64,000 nt of DNA from an uncultured Acidobacteriota bacterium (lineage in GTDB: Bacteria > Acidobacteriota > Polarisedimenticolia > J045), in NCBI GenBank assembly GCA_963702425.1, contig CAVPCQ010000015.1:1-64000 (forward strand), written 5' to 3'. Made by a program: the position numbers and the translations under genes. Below the pieces are notes generated by a model. It saw nothing but the letters and a program-made list of their open reading frames with translations. It did no database searches and was not told the origin of the DNA. Shown one piece after another: positions 48,616 to 59,416 of the stretch. The number at the start of each line of letters is the position of its first letter. Positions within the stretch are counted from its first letter, which is position 1.

Positions 48616-50387
48616 TGATACATCCGCTCCACGAGGTTCCGGAAGCGATCGATGATGGCCCGGCGCCGGATCTTCTTGGTCGGCGTCAGCAGGCCGTTCT
48701 CTTCGCTCGGCTCCTCGTGCAGGAACTCGAACTGCCGGGCCTTCTCGAACACCGCGAGATTGGCCTGGTGGCGGTTGAGCTCCTGCTGGAAAAGCTGCCG
48801 CACCTCGGGCCGGGCCAGCAGCGCACCGCGATCGTCGGCGGGCAGGTTCTTCTCCCGGGCCCAGGCGACGACCGCGTCGAAGTTGGGGACGATCAGCGCG
48901 CCGACCGAGGGCCGCTCGTCGCCGACCGCGATCACCTGCGCGATGTAGGGGCTGCGCTCGAGCGCTTCCTCGATCGCACGGGGCGCGATGTTCTTGCCGG
49001 TCGAGAGGACCATGATCTCCTTCTTCCGGCCGGTGATCTTCAGAAACCCTTCCTTGTCGAAGGCGCCGAGGTCGCCGGTGTGGAACCAGCCGCCGCGCAG
49101 GACCTCCTCCGTCTCGAGCGGCTTGTTGAGGTAGCCGGTCATGACGTTCGGACCGCGCGCCAGGATCTCCCCGTCACCGGCGATCTTGATCTCGACGCCC
49201 GGGATCGGCTTGCCGACGGTGCCGACCCGCACCGCGCCCGGGAAGTTGACGGCCAGGACGGGGGAGGTCTCGGTCAGGCCGTAGCCCTCGTAAACCGGGA
49301 TCCCCAGGCCCCAGAAGAAACGCGCCACCGATGGCGACAGGGCCGCCCCGCCGGAGATCAGGAACCGCACCCGGCCGCCCAGCTTCTCCCGGACCTTCCC
49401 GGCGATCAGACGCTCCGCGAGCCCGTAGGAGAGGGCCGCGACCCCGCGCGGCCGGTGGCCGGCGAGAAACGCGTCGGCCGCGGCGTCCACCGCGGCGAGG
49501 GCCCGCCCGCCGATGAACTTCTTCAGCCCGGTCTGCTGCTCGACCCCCTCCGTCACCTTCTGCGCGACGCGCTCGAGCAGGCGCGGCACGGTGACGAAGA
49601 CGTTCGGCCGGACTTCCACCAGCGAGTCGGCCACCCGCTCGAGGCTGCGCACGTAGGCGATGCCGATCCCCATCTCGATGAAGGCGTACTGCACCATCCG
49701 TTCGAGGACGTGCGAGAGCGGGAGGAATGACAGCGCGAGGTCGCCCTGCTCGAACTGAAAGGTGCGGATCGAGGCGTCGACGTTGGAGACGATGTTGGCG
49801 TGTGTCAGCATCACCCCTTTGGGGATCCCGGTCGTCCCGGAGGTGTAGATGATCGTCGCCAGGTTCCCGGGGCTGAGGCCGGCCAGCCGCTCCTCGATCA
49901 GGCCGGGGTGCGCCAGGAGGTGGGCGGCGCCGCGCTCGCGCAGCGCGCTGAAGTGGAGGACCCCCTCGGCCTCGGTGTCCATCCCCGCCACCTGCTCGAG
50001 CGCGCTGTCGCGCCGGACGCTGTTGATCTTCGCGGCCTGGTCGGTGGTCGAGACGATGGCGATCTTCCCGCCGCTGTCCCGCAGCAGATACCGGACCTGT
50101 TCGGCCGGGAGGGTCGGGTAGACCGGGACGGTGATCCCCCCGGCGAACTGGATCCCGAGGTCCGACAGGATCCATTCCGGGCGGTTCTCCGAGACCAGGA
50201 CGACCCGCTCGCCGGCCTGCAGGCCGAGCGCCACGAGCCCCGCCGCGATCTCCCGCACCTGGGCCAGGGCGTCCTGGGAGGAGATCCACTCCCAGCCGCC
50301 GGATCGGCGCGCCCCGAAGAGATCGGGGCGTCCCTTCTCGCGCACGGCCGAGAGAAACAGGGCGGGGAGATTCGATCGCGGCGGCAT
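48612..50387 (-). CDS. Long-chain acyl-CoA synthetase (AMP-binding)
   Basis: YTSGTTGIPKG, FLPLSH, GYGLTET, WFHTGD, GRKK, SxGKN and LTPTKK. Confidence 0.93.
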   Translation of the reverse strand: MPPRSNLPALFLSAVREKGRPDLFGARRSGGWEWISSQDALAQVREIAAGLVALGLQAGERVVLVSENRPEWILSDLGIQFAGGITVPVYPTLPAEQVRYLLRDSGGKIAIVSTTDQAAKINSVRRDSALEQVAGMDTEAEGVLHFSALRERGAAHLLAHPGLIEERLAGLSPGNLATIIYTSGTTGIPKGVMLTHANIVSNVDASIRTFQFEQGDLALSFLPLSHVLERMVQYAFIEMGIGIAYVRSLERVADSLVEVRPNVFVTVPRLLERVAQKVTEGVEQQTGLKKFIGGRALAAVDAAADAFLAGHRPRGVAALSYGLAERLIAGKVREKLGGRVRFLISGGAALSPSVARFFWGLGIPVYEGYGLTETSPVLAVNFPGAVRVGTVGKPIPGVEIKIAGDGEILARGPNVMTGYLNKPLETEEVLRGGWFHTGDLGAFDKEGFLKITGRKKEIMVLSTGKNIAPRAIEEALERSPYIAQVIAVGDERPSVGALIVPNFDAVVAWAREKNLPADDRGALLARPEVRQLFQQELNRHQANLAVFEKARQFEFLHEEPSEENGLLTPTKKIRRRAIIDRFRNLVERMYQ

Positions 50388-50502
50388 CGGGTGGGGACTC
50401 CTTCGAGCTGGCGCGCGCCGAGGCTTGCGGCGACGAGAGATTAGCAGACCCGGGCGCACCGGGACCCTGCCCGGGGGCGGAGGGTATACTTCGAAAACGG
50501 CG

Positions 50503-51001
50503 ATGAAGCGGCCCTTCACTTACTTTTCGGTTGTGTTCGCCGGGCTGGTCCTGGCGGCCTCGGTGGCGGGGACCGCGCGCGCCGCAAAGCCTCCCGCGCC
50601 CTCCAAGGCGGACCGGGAGGCCGCGGCCCGGGTCGCCAAGGACCTGGAGTTCGCGACGGAGATGGTCCGCAAGGGGCTGTGGCGCGAAGCCCTCTTCCGC
50701 TGGGAGCGCGTCCTGATCCAGCGCCCCGGCGACGCGCACCTGCTGAACAACATCGCGGTCGCCCGCGAGGCGCTCGGCGACCGCGAGGGGGCGCGGCAGG
50801 CGTACGAGCGCGCCCTCGCGCTCTCGACCGAGCGCCCGATCGACGACAATTTCCTCTACTTCCGGCGCGCCGATCCGGCGCCGGAGCCGGCCGCACCGGG
50901 GGATGGCGTCGCGCCGTCGCCCGCCCCCGCGGACCCGGGCCTCACGGCGCCCGCGGCGGTCCCGGAGTCGGCGAACGACGGCACCGGGAGGCAGCCTGTG
51001 A
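50503..51001 (+). CDS. Exported TPR protein (apparent indel in the Pro/Ala-rich tail)
   Basis: Signal peptide; GLWREALFRWERVL...LLNNIAVAREALG..EGARQAYERAL. The probable stop is TGA 50999-51001 in the GTGA overlap with the next gene. Confidence 0.75.
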
Positions 51002-51712
51002 CCGCGCGCCGGGCCCTCGTCGCGGGTACTCGTGCCGCGCTCGCCGCGCTGGTCCCCTTCGCGGCAGCCGATCGCGCTCCTCCCCGCCCCACCGGCCGCC
51101 GCCGGCGACTGGGAAGAGGTCGCGCTCGAGGTCTCGGTTCCGCCCCGCATCGAGACCTCCCCGGGCCAAACCGTGCTGGTGGCGATGTTCCGCGCCAACG
51201 ACCACGAGCGGATCGACATCGGGCTCGAAATGGCGCGCTGGGCGCGCCGCGAGATCGCTCGCAGCACGGACCTCAAGGTGCTCGACGTCCCGCCGCCCGC
51301 GATCCCCGAGCAGCGCCCCGAGAAGCTCGCAGTCAACGACGTCTTCTGGAAGCGCCTCGGAGAGGACTTCCGGGCCGACATCATCGTCTCCGGGGTCGTC
51401 GAGTTCTTCGTCGAGGACAAGTCGGGCTTCGTGACCAAGGACGTCGAGGACCCGGTCACCTTGCAGACCACGCGCCGTACGGTCTACCTCGAGCGCCGCG
51501 GCTTCAAGCTGAAGGTCGAGCTGTTCGTCCTCAAGGGGGACAACGGCGCCCTGCTCCTGGCCGACACCTGGAGTGAGGAGCGGGTGCTCGATGGCACCTC
51601 GGCCGAGGACCTGCAAATGTTCTACGACAGTCTCGAGATGGCGAAGGACGACGAGCGCGCGGTCTTCCTGCCCATGACGGTGAGGGAGCCCCGCTACCTC
51701 TGGCTGGAGTGA
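50998..51712 (+). CDS. Exported protein with putative CsgG/TolB_N/FlgO-like alpha-beta fold (apparent indel near 51068)
   Basis: GGGAGG then GTG 50998 gives a signal peptide; the mature part has a strand-helix-strand-helix-ADIIVSG-V pattern and a long beta-hairpin. Confidence 0.55.
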
Positions 51713-54700
51713 CGATGAGAAGGTACCCGATCCTCGCTGTCGGCCTCCTGACGGCCGGCCTGGCCGCGCTGGCCGTCGCGCCGCCCGCCTGGGCGCAGTT
51801 CGGCCGCAACAAGGTGACCTACGGCGATTTCAAGTGGACGATCTACGCCTCGCCGCACTTCGACGTCTACTACTACTTCGACGACGACCGCCTGCTGCAG
51901 CAGCTCGTCTCCGAGGCCGAGAGCGCGTACCTCCAGGTTTCGGGAACGCTCGACCACGAACTGCGGATCCGGATCCCGCTGATCCTCTACCGCAACCACG
52001 CCGACTTCGAGCAGACGAACATCACGCTGGCCGAGCTGCCCGAAGGGGTCGGCGCCTTCGCGGAGCCGATCCAGAACCGCATGGTCGTCCCGATCGACGA
52101 GCCGTCCGACAAGCGGTTCGCGCTGCTGAAGCACGAGCTCACCCACATCTTCGAGTTCGACATCCTGTACGGCGGTTCGCTGCGGCGGGCGCTGCGTGGC
52201 AACGCTCCGCTGTGGCTGATGGAAGGCCTCGCCAGCTACGTCGGAGACGACGAGGACAGCTTCGACCAGATGGTCATCCGCGACGCGGTCGTGAACAACA
52301 TCGTGCCGCCGATCGCAGCGCTGAACGTCCTGACCTTCCTGACCTACCGCTACGGGAACGCGGTCTTCTCTTACATCGAGGACAAGTATGGCGCCGAGGG
52401 GGTGCGGACCTTCCTGTTCGAGTTCCGCAAGCAGCTCGTCGGCGGCAACGTCGAGAAGGCCTTCAAGGACGCCTTCGGGCTCGATCTCGACCAGTTCGAC
52501 CGCGAGTTCGCGCGCTGGCTGCGCCAGCGGTACCTGCCGATCCTGACCAGCAAGCGCGCTCCCGCCGAGTACGGCCCGGAGATCGGCGTCACCAAGCCGG
52601 GACGCTATACCTTCTCCCCCTCCCTGAGCCCGAGCGGCGAGCTGATCGCGGCGCTCTCGACGCCCGGCCTGGAGCTCGACGCGGTCGTGCTGTCGGCGAA
52701 GGACGGCAAGCAGATCCGGAACCTGACCAAGGGATTCACCACCCGCTTCGAGGACATCATCGCCGGGGCCTTTGAAGCCAAGCGGGACATCACGTGGGCG
52801 CCGGACGGGGACCGCGTCGCGTTCTTCGTGCGGCGCGAGAACGATCGTCCGCTGATGATCTTCGACGTGACGAACGGCCGGGTCGTGGACCGGATCAAGT
52901 TCGCGCCGATCACCAACGAGAACTCGCCGGCCTACTCCCCGGACGGCAAGTGGATCGCGTTCTCCGGCAACCGGGACGGAGTCTGGGACATCTTTCTGTA
53001 CAACCTCGAGACGAAAGAGCTGGTCAACGCGACCCAGGACGAGTACTACGACCTCAACCCGTCGTGGTCCCCGGACGGCAAGTCGGTGCTCTACAACCGC
53101 CGGATCGGCGAGTTCCCGAAGATCTTCATGGTCGAGGTGGGTGCCCCCGAGCGCAAGACCCAGTTGACCGCGGGCGCCGCCTCGGACGTGCAGCCGGCCT
53201 GGTCGCGCGACGGCCGGACGATCTACTTCAGCTCCGACCGCGGCCTCTACGGGGTCTACAACCTGCACCGCCTCGACCTCGCGAGCGGCGGAATCGAGCG
53301 GCTGACCGACCTGGTCGGCGGCGCCTTCGGCCCGATCGAGCTGCTCCCCGATCCGGACCGGATCCCCCAGCTCGCCTACGCGGCGTTCGACGGCGGGACC
53401 TTCCGGGTCTACCGGATGAAGCTGGCGGGCGCGGCGATGGAGGAAGCGATCAAGGTCGGACGGACGGAGCCGCAGACGTCGCCGCACGCGCCGTCGCGCA
53501 GGAAGCTGCGGACGGGCGCGCTGCCCCCCGCGAGCAGCGCGCCGCCGCGACCGCAGTCGTCGCTTCGCCCGTTGCGCTGGGACTCGGGGGCGATGCCGGC
53601 GTCGTTCGACTGGCAGGCGGCTCCCACACCGCCGGAGACGCCTCCGCCCCCTCCCCTGCCCGCGAACGAGGAACCCCCCGGCGACCTCCTGCGCCAGGAC
53701 GAGGGTGACACCGACCTCGAGCCCTTCTCACCGCCGCTCGATCTCACGCTCGACCCGGACAAGAAGAAGAAGTACCGCGCGAAGTGGGACATCGAGATGC
53801 CGGACCTCTTCGTCGGCGTCACCAACAGCGGCGATTTCCTGACCAACTTCGTGTTCAACTTCTCCGACCTGCTGGGCGACCAGCGGGCTTCCTTCACGGC
53901 CTCGTCGGTCACGAGCTACACCAACTTCGACCTTACCTATTTCAACCTCGGCGGGCGCTGGGACTGGGGTGCGCGGCTGTTCGACTACCGCGACTTCTAC
54001 GTCGCGAGCACCGGCGCCCAGACCGAGGTGATCAACCAGCGGCAGCGCTACTCGGCGATCTCGGGCTTCGCCCAGTACCCCTTCAATCGCTACCTGCGGT
54101 TCGAGACCACCGCCGGCTACGCCGAGCGGCGCTACGACCAACCCTTCTTCGACCCCTTCACGGGGCAGACCGAGTTCGTGACCTCGGCCTCCAACTTCCC
54201 TTATCTCTCCGTGGGGCTGGTCTACGACTCGGTGCGCTACCAGTACTTCGGCCCCTACCAGGGGAAGCAGGTCTCGCTCACCGTGACCGGAGTGACCTTC
54301 ACCGGCGGCGACGACCAGGGCGAGGACGTGATCCAGTATTCGCTCGACACCCGGTTCTACCAGGGAATCACGCAGCGCAGCCTGCTCGCCCTGCGGCTGA
54401 TCGGCGTGTTCCAGACCGGCAACGCGGGTGCGATCTACGCGATCGGCGGGATCAACGAGATCCGCGGGTACGAGTACAACCAGTTCTTCGGCGACAACTA
54501 CATCCTGGCCAACCTCGAGCTGCGCTTCCCGCTGCTCGACTCGATGCGGCTCCCGTTCGGACTCAACCTGGCCCCGGTGCGTGGGTTCCTCTTCATCGAC
54601 TTCGGCACGACCTGGTTCGGCGACCAGGACTACCTCGTCATCGACGAAGAGACGGGGCTGCCGACGGGCCTCGCGCGCGGCAAGGCAACCTACTCCAACA

Positions 54701-54888
54701 AGCTCGGAAACTACCGCCAGTACCAGGCCACGCTCGACGGACGGTGGAAGGACTACCACGGCTCGGTCGGAGCCGGGTTCACCGTGCCCGTCCTCGGCCT
54801 GCCGATGACGTGGGCCTTCAGCCGGGTCTACAAAGGCGACGGCTTCGATCCCCTCAGCGGATCGTTCTACATCATCATCAACTGGTAG
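51709..54888 (+). CDS. Metallopeptidase-domain / TolB-like PD40 propeller / Omp85 (BamA/TamA) barrel fusion
   Basis: Signal peptide; QFGRNKV..F.W....HFD; HELTH...WLMEGLASY; PD40 repeats SPSLSPSG, WAPDG, PAYSPDG, PSWSPDG and PAWSRDG; Omp85 motifs IRGY and FIDFG; terminal Trp. Confidence 0.88.
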   Translation: MTMRRYPILAVGLLTAGLAALAVAPPAWAQFGRNKVTYGDFKWTIYASPHFDVYYYFDDDRLLQQLVSEAESAYLQVSGTLDHELRIRIPLILYRNHADFEQTNITLAELPEGVGAFAEPIQNRMVVPIDEPSDKRFALLKHELTHIFEFDILYGGSLRRALRGNAPLWLMEGLASYVGDDEDSFDQMVIRDAVVNNIVPPIAALNVLTFLTYRYGNAVFSYIEDKYGAEGVRTFLFEFRKQLVGGNVEKAFKDAFGLDLDQFDREFARWLRQRYLPILTSKRAPAEYGPEIGVTKPGRYTFSPSLSPSGELIAALSTPGLELDAVVLSAKDGKQIRNLTKGFTTRFEDIIAGAFEAKRDITWAPDGDRVAFFVRRENDRPLMIFDVTNGRVVDRIKFAPITNENSPAYSPDGKWIAFSGNRDGVWDIFLYNLETKELVNATQDEYYDLNPSWSPDGKSVLYNRRIGEFPKIFMVEVGAPERKTQLTAGAASDVQPAWSRDGRTIYFSSDRGLYGVYNLHRLDLASGGIERLTDLVGGAFGPIELLPDPDRIPQLAYAAFDGGTFRVYRMKLAGAAMEEAIKVGRTEPQTSPHAPSRRKLRTGALPPASSAPPRPQSSLRPLRWDSGAMPASFDWQAAPTPPETPPPPPLPANEEPPGDLLRQDEGDTDLEPFSPPLDLTLDPDKKKKYRAKWDIEMPDLFVGVTNSGDFLTNFVFNFSDLLGDQRASFTASSVTSYTNFDLTYFNLGGRWDWGARLFDYRDFYVASTGAQTEVINQRQRYSAISGFAQYPFNRYLRFETTAGYAERRYDQPFFDPFTGQTEFVTSASNFPYLSVGLVYDSVRYQYFGPYQGKQVSLTVTGVTFTGGDDQGEDVIQYSLDTRFYQGITQRSLLALRLIGVFQTGNAGAIYAIGGINEIRGYEYNQFFGDNYILANLELRFPLLDSMRLPFGLNLAPVRGFLFIDFGTTWFGDQDYLVIDEETGLPTGLARGKATYSNKLGNYRQYQATLDGRWKDYHGSVGAGFTVPVLGLPMTWAFSRVYKGDGFDPLSGSFYIIINW

Positions 54889-54892
54889 CGGC

Positions 54893-57190
54893 GTGGCCGG
54901 GCTCCTGCTCTTCCTGCTCGGTGCCGCCGCCGGGCTCGCCCTCGCTCAATCGCTCCGGCCCGGTTCCCTGTCGCTGCGGCTGCTGTTCGGTGCGGCGTGG
55001 GGGCTTGCCCTCGTCGTCGGCGCGATGATCGCGGCGGGTGCGCTCGGCCTGCTTCGGCCGCTGCCGGTCGCAGCCGCCGTGATCGCCGGCGCCGGCGCAG
55101 CCGCAGGGGCAGCCGTGCTGATCGCGTCGCGCGCCGGCCGGCCGGCCGCCCGACGGGTCGCGGCCGGGATCGGTCACGACCTGCGCGCCGCGCTCCGCAC
55201 CGCCGCGCTGCTGCGCCACCCCGAGCTGGCAGCGCTGGCGAGCCTGGCAGCCGCGGCGTGGGTTTGGGCGATCTCTGCCGCGTACTGGCTGCCGCCCCGC
55301 AGCGTGGACGACCTCTCGTATCACCTGACGCCGGTCTTCGAGGCCGCCGCGCGCGGCCGCTTCGCGCTGCTCCCGCTCGACATGCACCCGTGGTACGCCT
55401 ACCCGCTCAACGCCGACCTGCTGGCGCTCTGGCCGGCACTCCTCTCCGGGTCGATCCGCTGGTGCGACGGCGCGCAGCTCGTGACCGGGCCGCTGGCCGT
55501 GCTCGCTGCCTTCGCGATCGCCCGGCTGGCGGGAGCGTCGGCCCGGGCCGCTGCCGCACCGGCGCTGGCGCTGATGCTGACCCCGGTCTTCGCCCGCCAG
55601 GCGGCCTCGGCCTACACGGACGTCACGCTCGCGGCGTTCTTCGGGATCGCCGCCGCCGGGGCGCTGGCGGCCGCTTCGGGCGGCGGCGTGGGCGCGCTCC
55701 TGCTCTTCGGCCTCGGCGCGGGCCTGCTTGCCGGAACCAAGTACCACGTCCTGTTCGCGATCGCGCTGCTCCTGCCCCTGGTCGCGGCGGCCGCGCGGGA
55801 CGCCGCCGGTGCCGGCGGGCGGGTGCGTGCGCTGCTCGCAGCCGGTGTGCCGGCGGTGCTCCTCGGTGCGTACTTCTACGCCCGCAACCTCGCCGCACTC
55901 GGAAACCCGTTCTACCCCTACTCCGCAGGGCTCGGGCCGTGGACGCTCTTCCCCGGGGTGCTCCCGGCCGCCAGCGGGCTCGCCGGGAGCGCGCCCTTCG
56001 CAGCCGTAGCCGTCACGCACCCGGGCCGCTTCGCCGCGCTGTTCTTCGGCGACGTCGGTGCCGGCGGCCCGGACGGCGGGCTCGGACCGCTGGTCTGGGG
56101 CGCGACGATTCCGCTCGGGCTGGCGGCCCTCGTCACCGGGGTCCGCGCCAGCCTGGCCGGACGGGCGCTGGCCCCGCTGGCGTTCCCGCTTGCGTTCCTC
56201 GCCGGGCTCGTGCCGTACCTTGCCGTCCACGATTTCACCTACGCGGTGACGACGCGATTCCTCCTGATGGCGGCAGTCGCCGGAGCCGTATTCCTCGCGC
56301 GAGGGCTCGATCGCCTGGCGCAAGCTCCCGCGGCCGCCGGAGCCGCCCGGGCCGGCCTCGTTGCGGTGTCGGCGCTCTCGCTGCTCCCGCTCGGCGGACA
56401 GGAGACACGCCTCGAGAACAAGCAGCGGATGCGCGTCGGCGCCGTGGCCGCGCAGGCGCGCGCCTACGCCTCGCCATGGCGCGCCGTGGTCGACGCGGAC
56501 TACGGCGTGGGACGCACCGCGCTGGCCTGGGACCTGCTCGACCTGCTGTCGGTGCCGCCGGACAAGCCACCGATCCCGCTCTGGGTCTACGTCACCGGCC
56601 GCTACCCGGCGCCGGCCTACGGCTCACGCCTCGCCAGCCGGGTCTGGAACAGCGGCGACCCTTCGCGGCCGGCCGCCCCCGACGCCTTCCTGTACTACCT
56701 GACGCCGGAACGCCGCGCGGACCAGATCGAGTACAGCGGCGGCCGCGACTTTCCGCTCGAGGCGGTGGCACGGGACCCCGAGCGGCATGAGCTGGTGTTC
56801 GCCACGCCCTATGTGCTGGTCTATTTCGACCGCGCGCGGCTCGCTCCCGGGCGCGAAGAGCGCGTGCGCCTGGCCGAGTACTACGAGACGGCGCTGGGCT
56901 CCTGGGTGGCCGCGGCGCGGACGCTCGACGGCCGGCCGGAGCACGGGGTCATCCTCGCCGCCGGCGTGATCGGCTTTGGCCTGAAGGCACTCGAACTCCG
57001 CGGCGAGCTGCACGCGCGCGTCGTACCCGTGCGGGAGGAGGACCTGAACGAGCTGGCCGCTCACTTCGCCGCGAGCGGCCCGGTCCACGTGCTCGCCGAG
57101 CCGGGGACGCTGAACTACCCCGTGGTCGGCCGGTTGAAGGATGGCGAGCGCGTGCTGCTGCTCCACCTCGTGGCGGAGGGCGCGCCTTGA
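54893..57190 (+). CDS. GT-C-fold (lipid-carrier-dependent) glycosyltransferase-like membrane protein with C-terminal soluble domain
   Basis: More than 12 TM; acidic loop motif SVDDLSYHL, YPLN, AYTD, GTKY, YARN..ALGNPFYP and TRF. Confidence 0.7.
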   Translation: MAGLLLFLLGAAAGLALAQSLRPGSLSLRLLFGAAWGLALVVGAMIAAGALGLLRPLPVAAAVIAGAGAAAGAAVLIASRAGRPAARRVAAGIGHDLRAALRTAALLRHPELAALASLAAAAWVWAISAAYWLPPRSVDDLSYHLTPVFEAAARGRFALLPLDMHPWYAYPLNADLLALWPALLSGSIRWCDGAQLVTGPLAVLAAFAIARLAGASARAAAAPALALMLTPVFARQAASAYTDVTLAAFFGIAAAGALAAASGGGVGALLLFGLGAGLLAGTKYHVLFAIALLLPLVAAAARDAAGAGGRVRALLAAGVPAVLLGAYFYARNLAALGNPFYPYSAGLGPWTLFPGVLPAASGLAGSAPFAAVAVTHPGRFAALFFGDVGAGGPDGGLGPLVWGATIPLGLAALVTGVRASLAGRALAPLAFPLAFLAGLVPYLAVHDFTYAVTTRFLLMAAVAGAVFLARGLDRLAQAPAAAGAARAGLVAVSALSLLPLGGQETRLENKQRMRVGAVAAQARAYASPWRAVVDADYGVGRTALAWDLLDLLSVPPDKPPIPLWVYVTGRYPAPAYGSRLASRVWNSGDPSRPAAPDAFLYYLTPERRADQIEYSGGRDFPLEAVARDPERHELVFATPYVLVYFDRARLAPGREERVRLAEYYETALGSWVAAARTLDGRPEHGVILAAGVIGFGLKALELRGELHARVVPVREEDLNELAAHFAASGPVHVLAEPGTLNYPVVGRLKDGERVLLLHLVAEGAP

Positions 57191-57822
57191 GCCGCTCTTG
57201 CTCCGGGCCGGCGCGAGCCGCGTCCCCGCCGGAAACGGCCGCCCCGGCCTCGTCCGGGGCCCGGATCGGAGCGGCCCTGGGCCTCGCTGCCGGGTTCGCG
57301 GTCTTCGCGATCGCGCTTCCCCTCGGGGAGACCTCCTACCACTTCCCCGGCCCCGGGAGCTATCCGCTCTTCGAGGCCGCGGCGGTGCGGGCCGCGCTGA
57401 CCTGGATTCTCGGTGCCGCGCTGGGCCTGGCGGTCGGGACGGTGGCCGGGGCGGCGGCGGCGCAGGCGCAGGCGACGGGACGCGGCGAGCGCGCCGCGAC
57501 GGCCGCGCTCGGCGTCTACGTGCTCGCGCTGCGCGGAGCCTGGGGGTACGCGGGCCCGCTCCCCGCCGATCCCGCGCGCGCGGCCGCCGCGCTGCCCTCG
57601 CTCTCCGTCATCCTCCCGATCACGGCCGCGGCGGCGACGATCGGGCTGCTCTGGTGGCTTGCCGGCCGGCGTCGTCCCACCGGTGCGGCGACCCCGTGGA
57701 TCGCGACGCACGCCGTCTGCTCGCTCACCGCCGCGATCCTGGCGGCGCAGTCGGCCTACTACCTGTCCCGCGCGGGGGCGTTCTGCTCCGGACTGCTCGA
57801 GGTGCTGACCGCCCCGTTCTGA
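57187..57822 (+). CDS. Hypothetical multi-pass membrane protein
   Basis: TTG start overlaps the upstream TGA; about 5 hydrophobic segments. Confidence 0.6.
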   Translation: MSRSCSGPARAASPPETAAPASSGARIGAALGLAAGFAVFAIALPLGETSYHFPGPGSYPLFEAAAVRAALTWILGAALGLAVGTVAGAAAAQAQATGRGERAATAALGVYVLALRGAWGYAGPLPADPARAAAALPSLSVILPITAAAATIGLLWWLAGRRRPTGAATPWIATHAVCSLTAAILAAQSAYYLSRAGAFCSGLLEVLTAPF

Positions 57823-57847
57823 AGCGGCAGGAGCGCAGCCGCGGGCG

Positions 57848-58747
57848 TCAGGCCCACGCTCTCCGCCCGGCCGCCAGCGCCGCCGCCGCCGCGCCGGCGA
57901 GCCCGCCGAAGAGCACCAGCGCGAGCGACTCCCCCGTCGACAGCCCGTGGGCGAAGAGCGTGTCGGAAAGCCCGGCGAGGGGGCTCGCGGCCGACGTCCC
58001 GTACGCGACCTGGCGCGTGATCGAGGCCGCGAAGGCCCCGACCAGCGCGCCCGCCACGCCGAGCATCGCCCCGCCGACGAGCACGGGTCCGGTGACCAGC
58101 GCGTTCGGCGCGCCGACGATCCGCAGGAGCGCCACCTCGTCCCGCTTGTCGTCGAGGGCCAGGCGCACGACGCTCCCGACCGTCACCAGCGCCGCCAGGA
58201 GCAGTACTGCGGCGCCCACCAGCGCGAAGCGCGACAGCGCGCCGCCGAGCCGCGACAGGGCCACGAGCCAGTCGCGGTCGTAGCGCACCGACTCGGTCAC
58301 CGGGCTCGACCTCGCCGCCTCCACGATCTTACCGACCAGCGCCGGGTCGGCCCCTTCCGGCTGCACCCGCAGCGAGCCGGGGAACGGGTTGCCGCCGAGC
58401 AGGTCGCGCACGTCGCCGAGATCCGGGTAGAGCGCGCGGAACTCCGCGAGGGCCCGCTCGGGGGTGACGCGCTCGACGCGCCGCACGCCGCCCGCGGCTT
58501 TGACGCGCTCGGCGAGCGCCTCGACCGCCTGCCGCCTCCGCGCCATCGCGGACGTAGATCTCGACGACCGCCTGCTCGGCCAGCCGCTCGTAGGTCCCGC
58601 GGATCCCGTGGTTGAGCGACCAGAACGCCGCGACGAGGAAGATCGCGACCGCCATCGCCAGCACCGAGAGCAGGCCCGCCAGCGGCCGCCGCGCGATGTC
58701 GGCGGCGGCGACGCGCACGACCTCGGCCGCCGTCCGGGCTCCGGTCG

Positions 58748-58751
<4 letters not shown>
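57848..58751 (-). CDS. ftsX: Cell division permease FtsX (apparent indel near 58545)
   Basis: The ATG overlaps the ftsE stop; TM1 then VEIYV; second frame has NPFPGS, RDEVALLRIVGA and three more TMs. Confidence 0.88.

Positions 58752-59412
<661 letters not shown>

Positions 59413-59416
<4 letters not shown>

Noticed and set aside
50131-51576. A single fused 481-aa TPR protein as given by the ORF track
   Set aside because: An internal RBS, GTG and second signal peptide at 50998, followed by nonsense translation after ~51068, indicate two genes with indels.
53450-53720. Compensating frameshifts or an inserted element in the Omp85 fusion
   Set aside because: The frame stays open with normal G/C third positions; it is best read as a Pro-rich linker.
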